From a virus: DNA of 64,000 nucleotides. Shown here piece by piece: positions 1 to 7,180 of the stretch (within the stretch, counting starts at the first letter, position 1; each line of letters begins with the position of its first letter). The position numbers and the translations under genes are program-made. The stretch covers positions 32,001 to 96,000 of IMG/VR virus record IMGVR_UViG_3300047160_005727; one strand, 5' to 3'. A model generated the notes under the pieces. The model ran no database searches. It was not told the origin of the DNA and saw only the letters and a list, made by a program, of their open reading frames with translations.

Positions 1-403
1 CCTACTGGTGAAGATCTGTGAGAACCTCCAGATCCAGGTACCGCCTTCGATCGTGGTCGGCCCGCCGCCCGATCAGATGATGATGCAACAGGCACAGCAA
101 GAGCAGGCAGCCCCTGGCGGTGGCGGCGCCAACATCGAAGGAGCCGGCGGGGGTGGAGGTGGCCCGGCCGGACCTGGCCCGATCCCGCCATTGACAGCTG
201 ACCAAGGCCCGATCGGCGGCGCGCCTGGCGGTGGCGGCATGAAGGCAGGTTCCGCCATCAGTAACCTGTCCAACCTGATCGATACTGGCCGCAGGTCGTT
301 TGACGTCGGCTCCGAGTATGCGCTCGACTCGCTGCGTGAAGTCCGTAGCAAGGCAGCGGCCATGGCTGCTCTTTCGAGATCACTCAAGAACGGTGCTGCA
401 TGA
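1..403 (+). CDS. Gly/Pro/Gln-rich hypothetical protein, 5'-partial
   Basis: Frame is open from the window edge. Low-complexity GGP/QQ linker. Stop overlaps the next ATG (ATGA). Confidence 0.7.
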   Translation, partial: LLVKICENLQIQVPPSIVVGPPPDQMMMQQAQQEQAAPGGGGANIEGAGGGGGGPAGPGPIPPLTADQGPIGGAPGGGGMKAGSAISNLSNLIDTGRRSFDVGSEYALDSLREVRSKAAAMAALSRSLKNGAA

Positions 404-654
404 TCCTGGAGATACTCGACGGTCTGGGGCATCCCATTGTGATCCCGGCCACCCGCGTGGTGATCAAGAGCTACAACGGGACACCTCTGGCTGCGGCTGT
501 GGAATGGGAAGGCAGCGAGGACGGGACGCACATCACGGTAGCTCACGCCAACGATAAGAACTTCAACCAGGTCCTGGCCAACCTCGGCCTCGACCGGGTC
601 AAGGTCGATACGGTTACGCCCAAAGCTCTCAGCGACTACGCCTGGCGGGTTTGA
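400..654 (+). CDS. small hypothetical protein
   Basis: 84 aa, translationally coupled to the upstream ORF, typical codon usage. Confidence 0.75.
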   Translation: MILEILDGLGHPIVIPATRVVIKSYNGTPLAAAVEWEGSEDGTHITVAHANDKNFNQVLANLGLDRVKVDTVTPKALSDYAWRV

Positions 655-684
655 GCTAAAGATCGGGCGTTTTCTTGTCATATA
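655..684 (+). promoter_or_regulatory. putative promoter P1, GCTAAA-N15-TGTCATATA
   Basis: The same bipartite motif recurs at 1337-1366 and 2051-2081, each time at the start of an intergenic transcription unit. Confidence 0.7.
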
Positions 685-689
685 GAAGT

Positions 690-1066
690 GTGGGACGCCT
701 ATGTCGTTTCCACCTGCCAGCTCCTGTTCCCTTTTCATGGGAGTCTGTGGCAGTAGCCGATCCTTGGTACGTCACGCTCGTTGCGTACGTATCGCCAAGG
801 TCACGGCAACGGGAAAAGGGCCGGAAAGCTACCGGAGCTGGTTCGGGTTTAGCGACTCTCGGACAGGAGAGGAAGTACCCGAGGCAATATGACTGTGTCG
901 CCTGGTTGACTTTGTGCTGGGGATCGCCGCGTCTAGTCAACGCGGAACACTCCTACAAGGTCAAGACCCGGCCATCCGTAGCAAGACTGCGGAGCGGACC
1001 AGGATGGTTCATGCAACACGGTGGGTACCCGTGCGCTGCGGAAGGGGCTGTCTCCCCTTCTTTTTT
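690..1066 (+). ncRNA. putative structured ncRNA 1, family unknown
   Basis: Nested helices 717-724/834-841, 729-736/813-820, 762-767/795-800, 843-848/877-882, 856-860/867-871, 906-915/955-964, 927-932/940-945 and 975-981/987-993. Lies between P1 and an intrinsic terminator, with no convincing ORF. Confidence 0.6.
1041..1066 (+). terminator. intrinsic terminator
   Basis: GAAGGGG-ctgtct-CCCCTTC followed by T6. Confidence 0.85.
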
Positions 1067-1084
1067 CACTTGCCCATGAAGTGA

Positions 1085-1322
1085 TGTAGCTGGTTGACTT
1101 TCTTGTGTGACATCTTTGAGCTGCCCGGCACCCCCGCACGTCCGCGTGGGGCCCATTACGCCGACGTGGTGGACGCACCACGACGAAGACGGATGGATCA
1201 GTCCAAGGCCAGGCTACCTGCGACAAGACCGCAGGATGGTCGGAGGGGAGGTTCCCTGACCCGACAAGCGACATGGTGATATTCCATGCAACGCGGAAAA
1301 AGGCTAACAACCTTTTTTTTTT
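1085..1322 (+). ncRNA. putative structured ncRNA 2, related to the 3' half of ncRNA 1
   Basis: Shares CTGGTTGACTTT, a CAAGAC-loop hairpin, CAGGATGGT and CATGCAAC with 902-1021. Hairpins at 1165-1182, 1217-1235, 1239-1265 and 1272-1288. Confidence 0.55.
1297..1322 (+). terminator. intrinsic terminator, possibly bidirectional
   Basis: AAAAAGG-ctaacaa-CC followed by a T10 tract. Confidence 0.65.
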
Positions 1323-1336
1323 ACCTATCAGCGGAT

Positions 1337-1366
1337 GCTAAAACTTGGCGCCGGTTCTGTCATATA
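1337..1366 (+). promoter_or_regulatory. putative promoter P2, GCTAAA-N15-TGTCATATA
   Basis: Same boxes and spacing as 655-684, located directly after a terminator. Confidence 0.7.
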
Positions 1367-1425
1367 CCAATGCAGTGCAGCTATGATCTGGGCTGATCAC
1401 CTGGATCGTCAAGTAGCTGTGTTGT

Positions 1426-1464
1426 ACGGCGTGGGGTAGCACCTTGCCCCACGTCGTTTCGTTT
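1426..1464 (+). terminator. strong leader hairpin, possible attenuator
   Basis: 14-bp stem 1426-1439/1444-1457 (with G-U pairs) followed by TTCGTTT, upstream of the ORF at 1494. Confidence 0.45.
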
Positions 1465-1493
1465 ACCATCAACAGGAGTAATGGAGGAGCGTA

Positions 1494-1925
1494 ATGACTA
1501 CAGAGGGAAACGGTATCGCGCGAATGGAGCAGGAGACAGTGGTGCATAAGCTATCGGACTGGTTGTTGCGGCAGCCAGGGCCATCGAAGCCGTACGTCGA
1601 AGCCGTGACCGGGCCGACGGAAGGCTTCAACATCGAGGGGACGTTTGCAGGGAAACCGATCTACGTGTTATGCAGCGGTGGCCCGCTGAACGAGCGCGAG
1701 GGAACGGAAGAATGGGCGACCCTGGACGGGATCATGGCCAAGGCCCTGTCCATGATGGAAGCCTACCGTGAAGATATCTGGCTCGCGGTCCCCAACTCTC
1801 CGGCGTTCGAGGCAGCAGCACGTAGTGCTGCTGCTAACCTGGAACTGGCCAAGCCCTGGCAGGCCATCGCGCTTGTCGGGCCAGGTGGGCAAGTGCGGTT
1901 CATCCAACGGCCGAAGACGGCGTAA
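1494..1925 (+). CDS. small protein with a degenerate PD-(D/E)xK nuclease-like fold
   Basis: GGAGG SD. The pattern E..V...L..WL / GFNIEG / IYVLCSG / WLAVP / ALVGPGGQV matches the layout of small restriction-endonuclease-like proteins, but the catalytic D and ExK are replaced. Confidence 0.6.
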   Translation: MTTEGNGIARMEQETVVHKLSDWLLRQPGPSKPYVEAVTGPTEGFNIEGTFAGKPIYVLCSGGPLNEREGTEEWATLDGIMAKALSMMEAYREDIWLAVPNSPAFEAAARSAAANLELAKPWQAIALVGPGGQVRFIQRPKTA

Positions 1926-2032
1926 CGGATGTGACGGATGTAACGGTTGCAAGCGACAGCAAGCGACTGCAAGCGACTGCAAACGACAGCAAGTGACAGC
2001 AAATGTCGCAACCGTTACATCCGTACTTTTTT
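1922..2032. repeat. perfect 17-bp inverted repeat enclosing five 10-bp direct repeats
   Basis: ACGGATGTAACGGTTGC (1934-1950) / GCAACCGTTACATCCGT (2008-2024). AARYGACWGC x5 at 1951-2000. 9-bp GTRACGGWT x3 at 1922-1948. T-tract follows the right arm. Confidence 0.9.
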
Positions 2033-2050
2033 CCTGTTTTTTGGCTGTTT

Positions 2051-2081
2051 GCTAAAGCCACGGGCCATTCCGTGTCATAAA
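2051..2081 (+). promoter_or_regulatory. putative promoter P3, GCTAAA-N16-TGTCATAAA
   Basis: Third copy of the motif, about 75 nt upstream of the ORF at 2155. Confidence 0.65.
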
Positions 2082-2154
2082 CTGTGAGGGGTATCATATC
2101 GCTTGATACCGATGGGAACCGTAGCAAGGGCCTGGCCCTTGAAAGGAGTTTTGA

Positions 2155-3087
2155 ATGGCTTCGGTTCAGAGAGTCACTGTCATGGTCGAACGCGATGGTA
2201 TAGGTGTCGAGACCATCACGTTCGAGCGAGGCGGCGACACGAGGATCACTTTGGACCTGTTCGAGAAGCGGTCTGTTTGCTTCTCGGTAAGCAGTCTGGA
2301 TGCCGGTTCTAATGCTCGACCACCGTTGCAAGAGGAACGGATAGCAGAGCCGGCACCCGTGTCGGAAGCAGTGAAAAGCCCGCCGTCATCATCCACACCA
2401 TCCCCGGTCGTTGAACCGGTGGAACCGCCCATGAATGGTGAAGTTCTACATGCGACACCAACAACGCATCTTGAAGGTGCGACTGCGGCCTCGCAAAAGG
2501 CAGCAGAGGGCGAGCGCTGGAAACACTACGATGATGACGATGAGCTATCGGATGATGATCTATCGCGGAAGGCTTCACCGAACTCGAAGGCTACCATGGC
2601 CACGGCGCTGAAGAGCAGGGGCAAGCCCAAGGATCAGCGACGTAGCAATGAGCACCCCGAGTACTACAGGAACCACCACGACTATCGTGGGCCAGACGGT
2701 AGATCGTGGCAGAAGCGCCCCGAGACGCTGACTGCCGAGCCGTTGGCTGTCGAACTGTCGACTCCTGAGTCACCTCCTATGGAGGACTCTGGATCGGCAA
2801 CGGTGGGTGCGGCGCTCTTGGATCCGGTGAAGCCTGGGGTATCCGCGTTCGCTTCGCTGGCTGCCGCGCCGGCTCCTGCTCCGAAGGCGTTCTTGCCGGG
2901 CACGCCCGAGTTCGTGCCCAGGCGGAAGCATCGGGACAGGAAACGAAAGAAGAAGACCAGCCGCAGAAACCAGGGCTGGTACAAGAACAAGTTGCGGGAT
3001 ATCGGGGGCAAGCTCCGATCGTCTCTTGATCTCTTGGGGGACCGTAAGGTTCTGCTTCCGATCGACATTCCTACGCCTTCGTCGTAA
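2155..3087 (+). CDS. hypothetical, largely disordered protein with a basic C-terminal patch
   Basis: AAGGAG SD. Pro/Ser/Glu-rich middle, RRKHRDRKRKKKTSRR near the end, followed by a terminator. Confidence 0.75.
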   Translation: MASVQRVTVMVERDGIGVETITFERGGDTRITLDLFEKRSVCFSVSSLDAGSNARPPLQEERIAEPAPVSEAVKSPPSSSTPSPVVEPVEPPMNGEVLHATPTTHLEGATAASQKAAEGERWKHYDDDDELSDDDLSRKASPNSKATMATALKSRGKPKDQRRSNEHPEYYRNHHDYRGPDGRSWQKRPETLTAEPLAVELSTPESPPMEDSGSATVGAALLDPVKPGVSAFASLAAAPAPAPKAFLPGTPEFVPRRKHRDRKRKKKTSRRNQGWYKNKLRDIGGKLRSSLDLLGDRKVLLPIDIPTPSS

Positions 3088-3090
3088 GTT

Positions 3091-3138
3091 ATGGGGGGAT
3101 GGGACGGCCTGCGGGCTGCCCTCCCCCATCCTTTTTTT
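3091..3138 (+). terminator. intrinsic terminator
   Basis: ATGGGGG...CCCCCAT stem with an inner CGGCC/GGCTG stem, followed by T7. Confidence 0.75.
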
Positions 3139-3156
3139 AACTATCAGGCGGCAGGG

Positions 3157-5133
3157 ATGCTCAAGACGACCCTCGGTCAGATGATGCTGAACGATCAGCT
3201 CCCCGAGGACATGCGGGACTACACCCGCACCCTGGATAAGAAGGGTATCCAGAAGCTGTTCCAGGAAGTTGCCGAGCGGTATCCCGACAGATACCGAGAA
3301 GTGGCCAAGCGGCTCTCCGACATGGGCCGTGATGTTGCCTACTCTACCGGCGGCTTCTCTCCTAGCCTGGAAGACATGCGGCCCAGCAAAGCGGCTGAGC
3401 GCATCAAGGAACAGATCCGCCGGCACGTTCAGCTGATCCAGGCTGACAACCGGATGGATGACGAGCGCAAGTCACAGGCGATCGTTGCTGCCGTGGAAGA
3501 GCGGCAGAAGGAGATGGAGGATGCCGTCTTCGAGGAAGCCAAGGCATCTGGCAACCCCTATGCGCACCAGGTGGTTTCCGGTGCGCGGGGCAGCAAGCTC
3601 AACCTGAAGTCATTGCTGGGCTCGGACATGCTCTACGTCGATCACCACGATCGGCCGATCCCGGTGCCAGTGCTTAACGCATATCCGCGTGGGCTCTCGC
3701 CAGTCGAGTACTGGGCCGGTGCCTTCGGGGCTCGCAAGGGCGTCGCGGCCACCAAGTTCGCCACTCGAGATGCCGGCTCGCTGGCCAAGCAGCTCAACCA
3801 GGTTGCTCACCGGCTGATCATCACGGGCCATGACGACCCGAACGAAGACACATCCACGATCCGCGGGCTGCCGACGGCGACTGATGATCCCGACAATGAG
3901 GGGGCCTTGCTGGCTCATCCGGCCGGGCCGTATGGCCGGAACACGATCTTGACTCCCAAGATCCTCAAGGACCTCCAGACCAAAGGGCATGGCAAGATCC
4001 TGGTTCGATCACCCCTGGTAGGCGGACCGGCTCACGGTGGGGTTTTCGCCCGCGATGTCGGTGTCCGGGAGCGGGGCGGTCTGGCGCCCATGGGTGACTA
4101 TGTCGGTCTGGCTGCTGCGCAAGCTCTCTCCGAGAAGCTATCCCAGGGGCAGCTGTCAGCCAAGCATACCGGCGGTGTCGCCGGTGCCGACAAAGCTGTC
4201 TCCGGCTTTGCTCTTATCAACCAATTGATCCAGGTACCGAAAACTTTTACGGGCGGCGCTACCCATGCCCAGCTCGACGGCAAGATCACGTCGATCGAAG
4301 ATGCCCCCCAGGGTGGCAAGTATGTCAACGTCGGCAGCGAGCAGCACTACATACCGCACGGGCTCGACCCGACCGTCAAGATCGGTGACTCGGTCGAGGC
4401 CGGCGATACCATTTCAGGGGGCCTGCCCAACCCCGCAGAGATGGTCAAGCACAAGGGCATCGGCGAGGGTCGCCGCCATTTTGTCAAGGCGTTCGGGGAT
4501 GCCTACCGGGGCTCGGACATGGGTGCACACCGGCGAAACATCGAGCTTCTGGCCAGGGGCTTGATCGATCATGTTCGGGTAACGGACGAGTTTGGTGATC
4601 ATGTAGAGGACGACATCGTGCCGTACTCGACCATCGAGAAGAGCTGGAACCCGCGCGCGGGTTCCAAAGTGGTCGGACTGTCGTCGGCTGTGGGTAAGTA
4701 CCTCGAACGTCCTGTCCTGCATCACAGCATTGGCACCAGGGTCAAGCCCGGGATGCTTCCCGAACTCAAAGAGTTCGGGGTCAATAACCTGGAGGTTCAT
4801 GATGAACCTCCGCCGTTTGAGCCGACGATGATCCGGGGCCAGTACAACCTCCAGCACGACCCCGACTGGATGACCCGGCATATCGGTTCCGGACTGGAGA
4901 AAGCCACCCTCCAGGCAGCTCACCGGGGCTCCAGTAGCGATATCGCTGGTACGAGCTATGTCCCTGCACTGGCAGAACGTACGCACTTCGGCAGGCAGGG
5001 TCCGACCCAGGGTTGGCACCCGGAGGCGCAGCATTGGGACGACGATGACGATAATATAGGCCACGACGATACGCCAAAAGTGCGGCCCCATACGCCAGCC
5101 GGCGCCAGGACCGCTACCTGGCGGTCTGACTGA
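3157..5133 (+). CDS. rpoC: phage multisubunit RNA polymerase beta'-like subunit, C-terminal half (split subunit)
   Basis: SGARGS motif; GLSPVEYW..GARKG..T..AG.L (bridge helix); VRSPL; GDYVGLAAAQ.LSE..SQ....KHTGG (trigger loop); SBHM-like VKIGDSVEAGD; RRNIELLARGL. No NADFDGD motif. Start placed at the ATG after the terminator. Confidence 0.9.
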   Translation: MLKTTLGQMMLNDQLPEDMRDYTRTLDKKGIQKLFQEVAERYPDRYREVAKRLSDMGRDVAYSTGGFSPSLEDMRPSKAAERIKEQIRRHVQLIQADNRMDDERKSQAIVAAVEERQKEMEDAVFEEAKASGNPYAHQVVSGARGSKLNLKSLLGSDMLYVDHHDRPIPVPVLNAYPRGLSPVEYWAGAFGARKGVAATKFATRDAGSLAKQLNQVAHRLIITGHDDPNEDTSTIRGLPTATDDPDNEGALLAHPAGPYGRNTILTPKILKDLQTKGHGKILVRSPLVGGPAHGGVFARDVGVRERGGLAPMGDYVGLAAAQALSEKLSQGQLSAKHTGGVAGADKAVSGFALINQLIQVPKTFTGGATHAQLDGKITSIEDAPQGGKYVNVGSEQHYIPHGLDPTVKIGDSVEAGDTISGGLPNPAEMVKHKGIGEGRRHFVKAFGDAYRGSDMGAHRRNIELLARGLIDHVRVTDEFGDHVEDDIVPYSTIEKSWNPRAGSKVVGLSSAVGKYLERPVLHHSIGTRVKPGMLPELKEFGVNNLEVHDEPPPFEPTMIRGQYNLQHDPDWMTRHIGSGLEKATLQAAHRGSSSDIAGTSYVPALAERTHFGRQGPTQGWHPEAQHWDDDDDNIGHDDTPKVRPHTPAGARTATWRSD

Positions 5134-5181
5134 CGGTATGATGTGAGCGAGACCTTTTGCCTTGTACGGAGACACCGACCT

Positions 5182-5493
5182 ATGGCAGCATCCAAGAGAC
5201 CGCGACCGAAGAACAAAGACGGCTCAGACATGAGCACCAAGGACCTGATCCAGGCCGCAGAGGACGCGCAGGCAGCTTTCGACGATGCTTCTGCCCAGTT
5301 CGGAGCGGCGGCACAGCAGGTGCAGCAAGCTCAGACCATCCTCACAGCCGCTAACCAGGCCGTTCACGATGATCTTGCCGAAAACGGTGCGTGCGTCATC
5401 GTCGATGACACGACTTCTCCAGTCACGGTCACGATGTACACCGCCAATGATCCTGACAGCTTCACGGCCACGCCGATCCGCGTTGCGGAATGA
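5182..5493 (+). CDS. small hypothetical protein, paralog A
   Basis: GGAG SD. C-terminal AVHDDL.ENG.C..VD....DPDSF.AT.IRVA is shared with the next ORF. Confidence 0.75.
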   Translation: MAASKRPRPKNKDGSDMSTKDLIQAAEDAQAAFDDASAQFGAAAQQVQQAQTILTAANQAVHDDLAENGACVIVDDTTSPVTVTMYTANDPDSFTATPIRVAE

Positions 5494-5505
5494 TCGGAGG
5501 GTGTC

Positions 5506-5781
5506 GTGCGTGGTAACGGACTGACCACCAAACAGCTGATCGACGCCGCACTGCGAGCCCAGTCGGCGTACAGCTGGTCTGTCATCGTGCTTGGACGGGT
5601 GGCACAGGCTGTCAGGGCAGCCTTTGTCACCGTCCAGGCAACGAGCAAGGCCGTTCACGATGATCTTGAGGAAAACGGGCCGTGCTGCGTCGTGGACAAC
5701 TCGACCAACCCACCCACAGTGACAGCCTATATTCCTGCTGACCCCGACTCATTCATGGCTACTCAGATCCGGGTAGCCTGA
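5506..5781 (+). CDS. small hypothetical protein, paralog B
   Basis: GGAGG SD, GTG start, clear tandem paralog of the previous ORF. Confidence 0.75.
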   Translation: MRGNGLTTKQLIDAALRAQSAYSWSVIVLGRVAQAVRAAFVTVQATSKAVHDDLEENGPCCVVDNSTNPPTVTAYIPADPDSFMATQIRVA

Positions 5782-5804
5782 GACTATTTCGGAAGGAGTC
5801 GGTC

Positions 5805-6356
5805 GTGACCCCGCGAGAGCTAGGACGGCAAGCCGCTCTCTTGCACCTGAAAATGGCCGCAGCCTCGGCGACAACATCATCATCGAGCAGCAGTCCCAGT
5901 CTCAGCACCTCCGGTACTGGAACTCCGACTAGCACTGGAGGTGCAGCTTCGGCAACGACGCTCGGCGCCAAGCCGGGGAACATTGCTCCGGCACCGGCGG
6001 TCCCAAATGTCACGCCGCAGCCTGGCGCAGCGCCGGGTGGCAGTGTGACCCAACCATCGCTCGCAACAACACGACCTGCGCCACCGGCTCCAGCCCCGGC
6101 AGCCCCGGCCGGCGGACTCGGCGCCGGAGCCGGCGCCAGCGCTGGAGGCGGACTCGGCGGTATGCTTGGCGGACTGATGAACCCACAGATGCTCGGACAG
6201 CTGATGGCAGGCCCGCTCAAGGGGCCTGCTGAACAGTTTCTGGGAATGGGTGGCTTTCCGCTTCTGGCTGGTGGAAGCAATGCGCTGCTTCGCGGAGGTC
6301 AAGATATCGGTAATATCATGAAGGGGTCGATCGGTAACGTGAAAGCCGGAGCGTAG
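5805..6356 (+). CDS. Ala/Gly/Pro-rich putative internal head protein
   Basis: AAGGAG SD. N-terminal LKMAA motif, S/T/P linker and Gly-rich hydrophobic C-terminus. Confidence 0.7.
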   Translation: MTPRELGRQAALLHLKMAAASATTSSSSSSPSLSTSGTGTPTSTGGAASATTLGAKPGNIAPAPAVPNVTPQPGAAPGGSVTQPSLATTRPAPPAPAPAAPAGGLGAGAGASAGGGLGGMLGGLMNPQMLGQLMAGPLKGPAEQFLGMGGFPLLAGGSNALLRGGQDIGNIMKGSIGNVKAGA

Positions 6357-6427
6357 ATGGAGTAGGCCCAGCGAACGCGGGGGCGAACGCTGGGCCCTGA
6401 CGACAACCTGTGCAAGAGGTCATCGTC

Positions 6428-7180
6428 ATGCCTGAGTCTATTGCGAGTGTGAGACGGCGTCGACAAAAGCGGTTGCTGGCTGGACTGTGCGTACGTTGCG
6501 GCGATCGGCCGCCAATACTAGGGATGACCAAGTGTGATAAGTGTCGGGAGAGTAGTCTGGCATGCTATGCAAGGCAAGTCGCTCGGGGTAAATGTACGGG
6601 GTGTGGCGGTAAGACTTCCGGGCGGGTCCATTGCGAAGACTGTAGACGCAGAGAACGGGATAAAGAAATACAACGGATCAAAGCCGGACTCTGTGCTGAC
6701 TGTCGGAACCACCATGATGGAAAGACAAGACGATGTGAAACTTGTCGCACTAGAAAGCGAGTCGCTGATCAACAGCAACGCGATAGGGTCTTCGCGGCTT
6801 ATGGCGGCTATCACTGCAACTGCCCTGGTTGCAACGAGACTGAGCCGGTCTTTCTCGAGATCGATCATATCGAAGGTGGTGGCAACAAGCACCGTAGAGC
6901 GGTCGGGCGAAGCAACCTTTATCGGTGGCTCTGCAAGAACAAATTTCCTCCCGGTTTTCAAGTCCTATGTGCTAACTGCAACCGTGGCAAATACCGCCTC
7001 GGAGTCTGCCCTCATCAGCTGAGCAAGGAGGCTCGTCCATGCCTGCCGCAACCATCAGTCGCAGCCGCTCCGAGATCGTCCAGCGGCGCGAGCTACTCGT
7101 CAAGGTCGCTGACGGGGCCGGGGACGGCCAAGACCAGGCGTTCGAGCAGGCATTCGCCAACTTGGCTCACGCCTACCTGA
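6428..7180 (+). CDS. HNH homing endonuclease with N-terminal Cys zinc-finger repeats
   Basis: Repeated G.C..CG...C..C units, then C.CPGC..LEIDHIEGGG..HR...LCANCN. Lower GC than neighbours. 3' end overlaps the next gene. Confidence 0.85.
   Translation: MPESIASVRRRRQKRLLAGLCVRCGDRPPILGMTKCDKCRESSLACYARQVARGKCTGCGGKTSGRVHCEDCRRRERDKEIQRIKAGLCADCRNHHDGKTRRCETCRTRKRVADQQQRDRVFAAYGGYHCNCPGCNETEPVFLEIDHIEGGGNKHRRAVGRSNLYRWLCKNKFPPGFQVLCANCNRGKYRLGVCPHQLSKEARPCLPQPSVAAAPRSSSGASYSSRSLTGPGTAKTRRSSRHSPTWLTPT

Noticed and set aside
860-885. RNase P-like GAGGAAAGUCC motif (GAGAGGAAGTACCC)
   Set aside because: Only a partial match, and the complementary 3' P4 consensus was not found.
675-1310. Short ORFs across the ncRNA region (675-1079, 701-892, 933-1310, 1094-1279)
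   Set aside because: No SD sequences, atypical composition, and the longer ones run through terminator hairpins.
1951-2000. CRISPR-like array
   Set aside because: The 10-bp units are directly adjacent with no spacers, and there are no cas genes.
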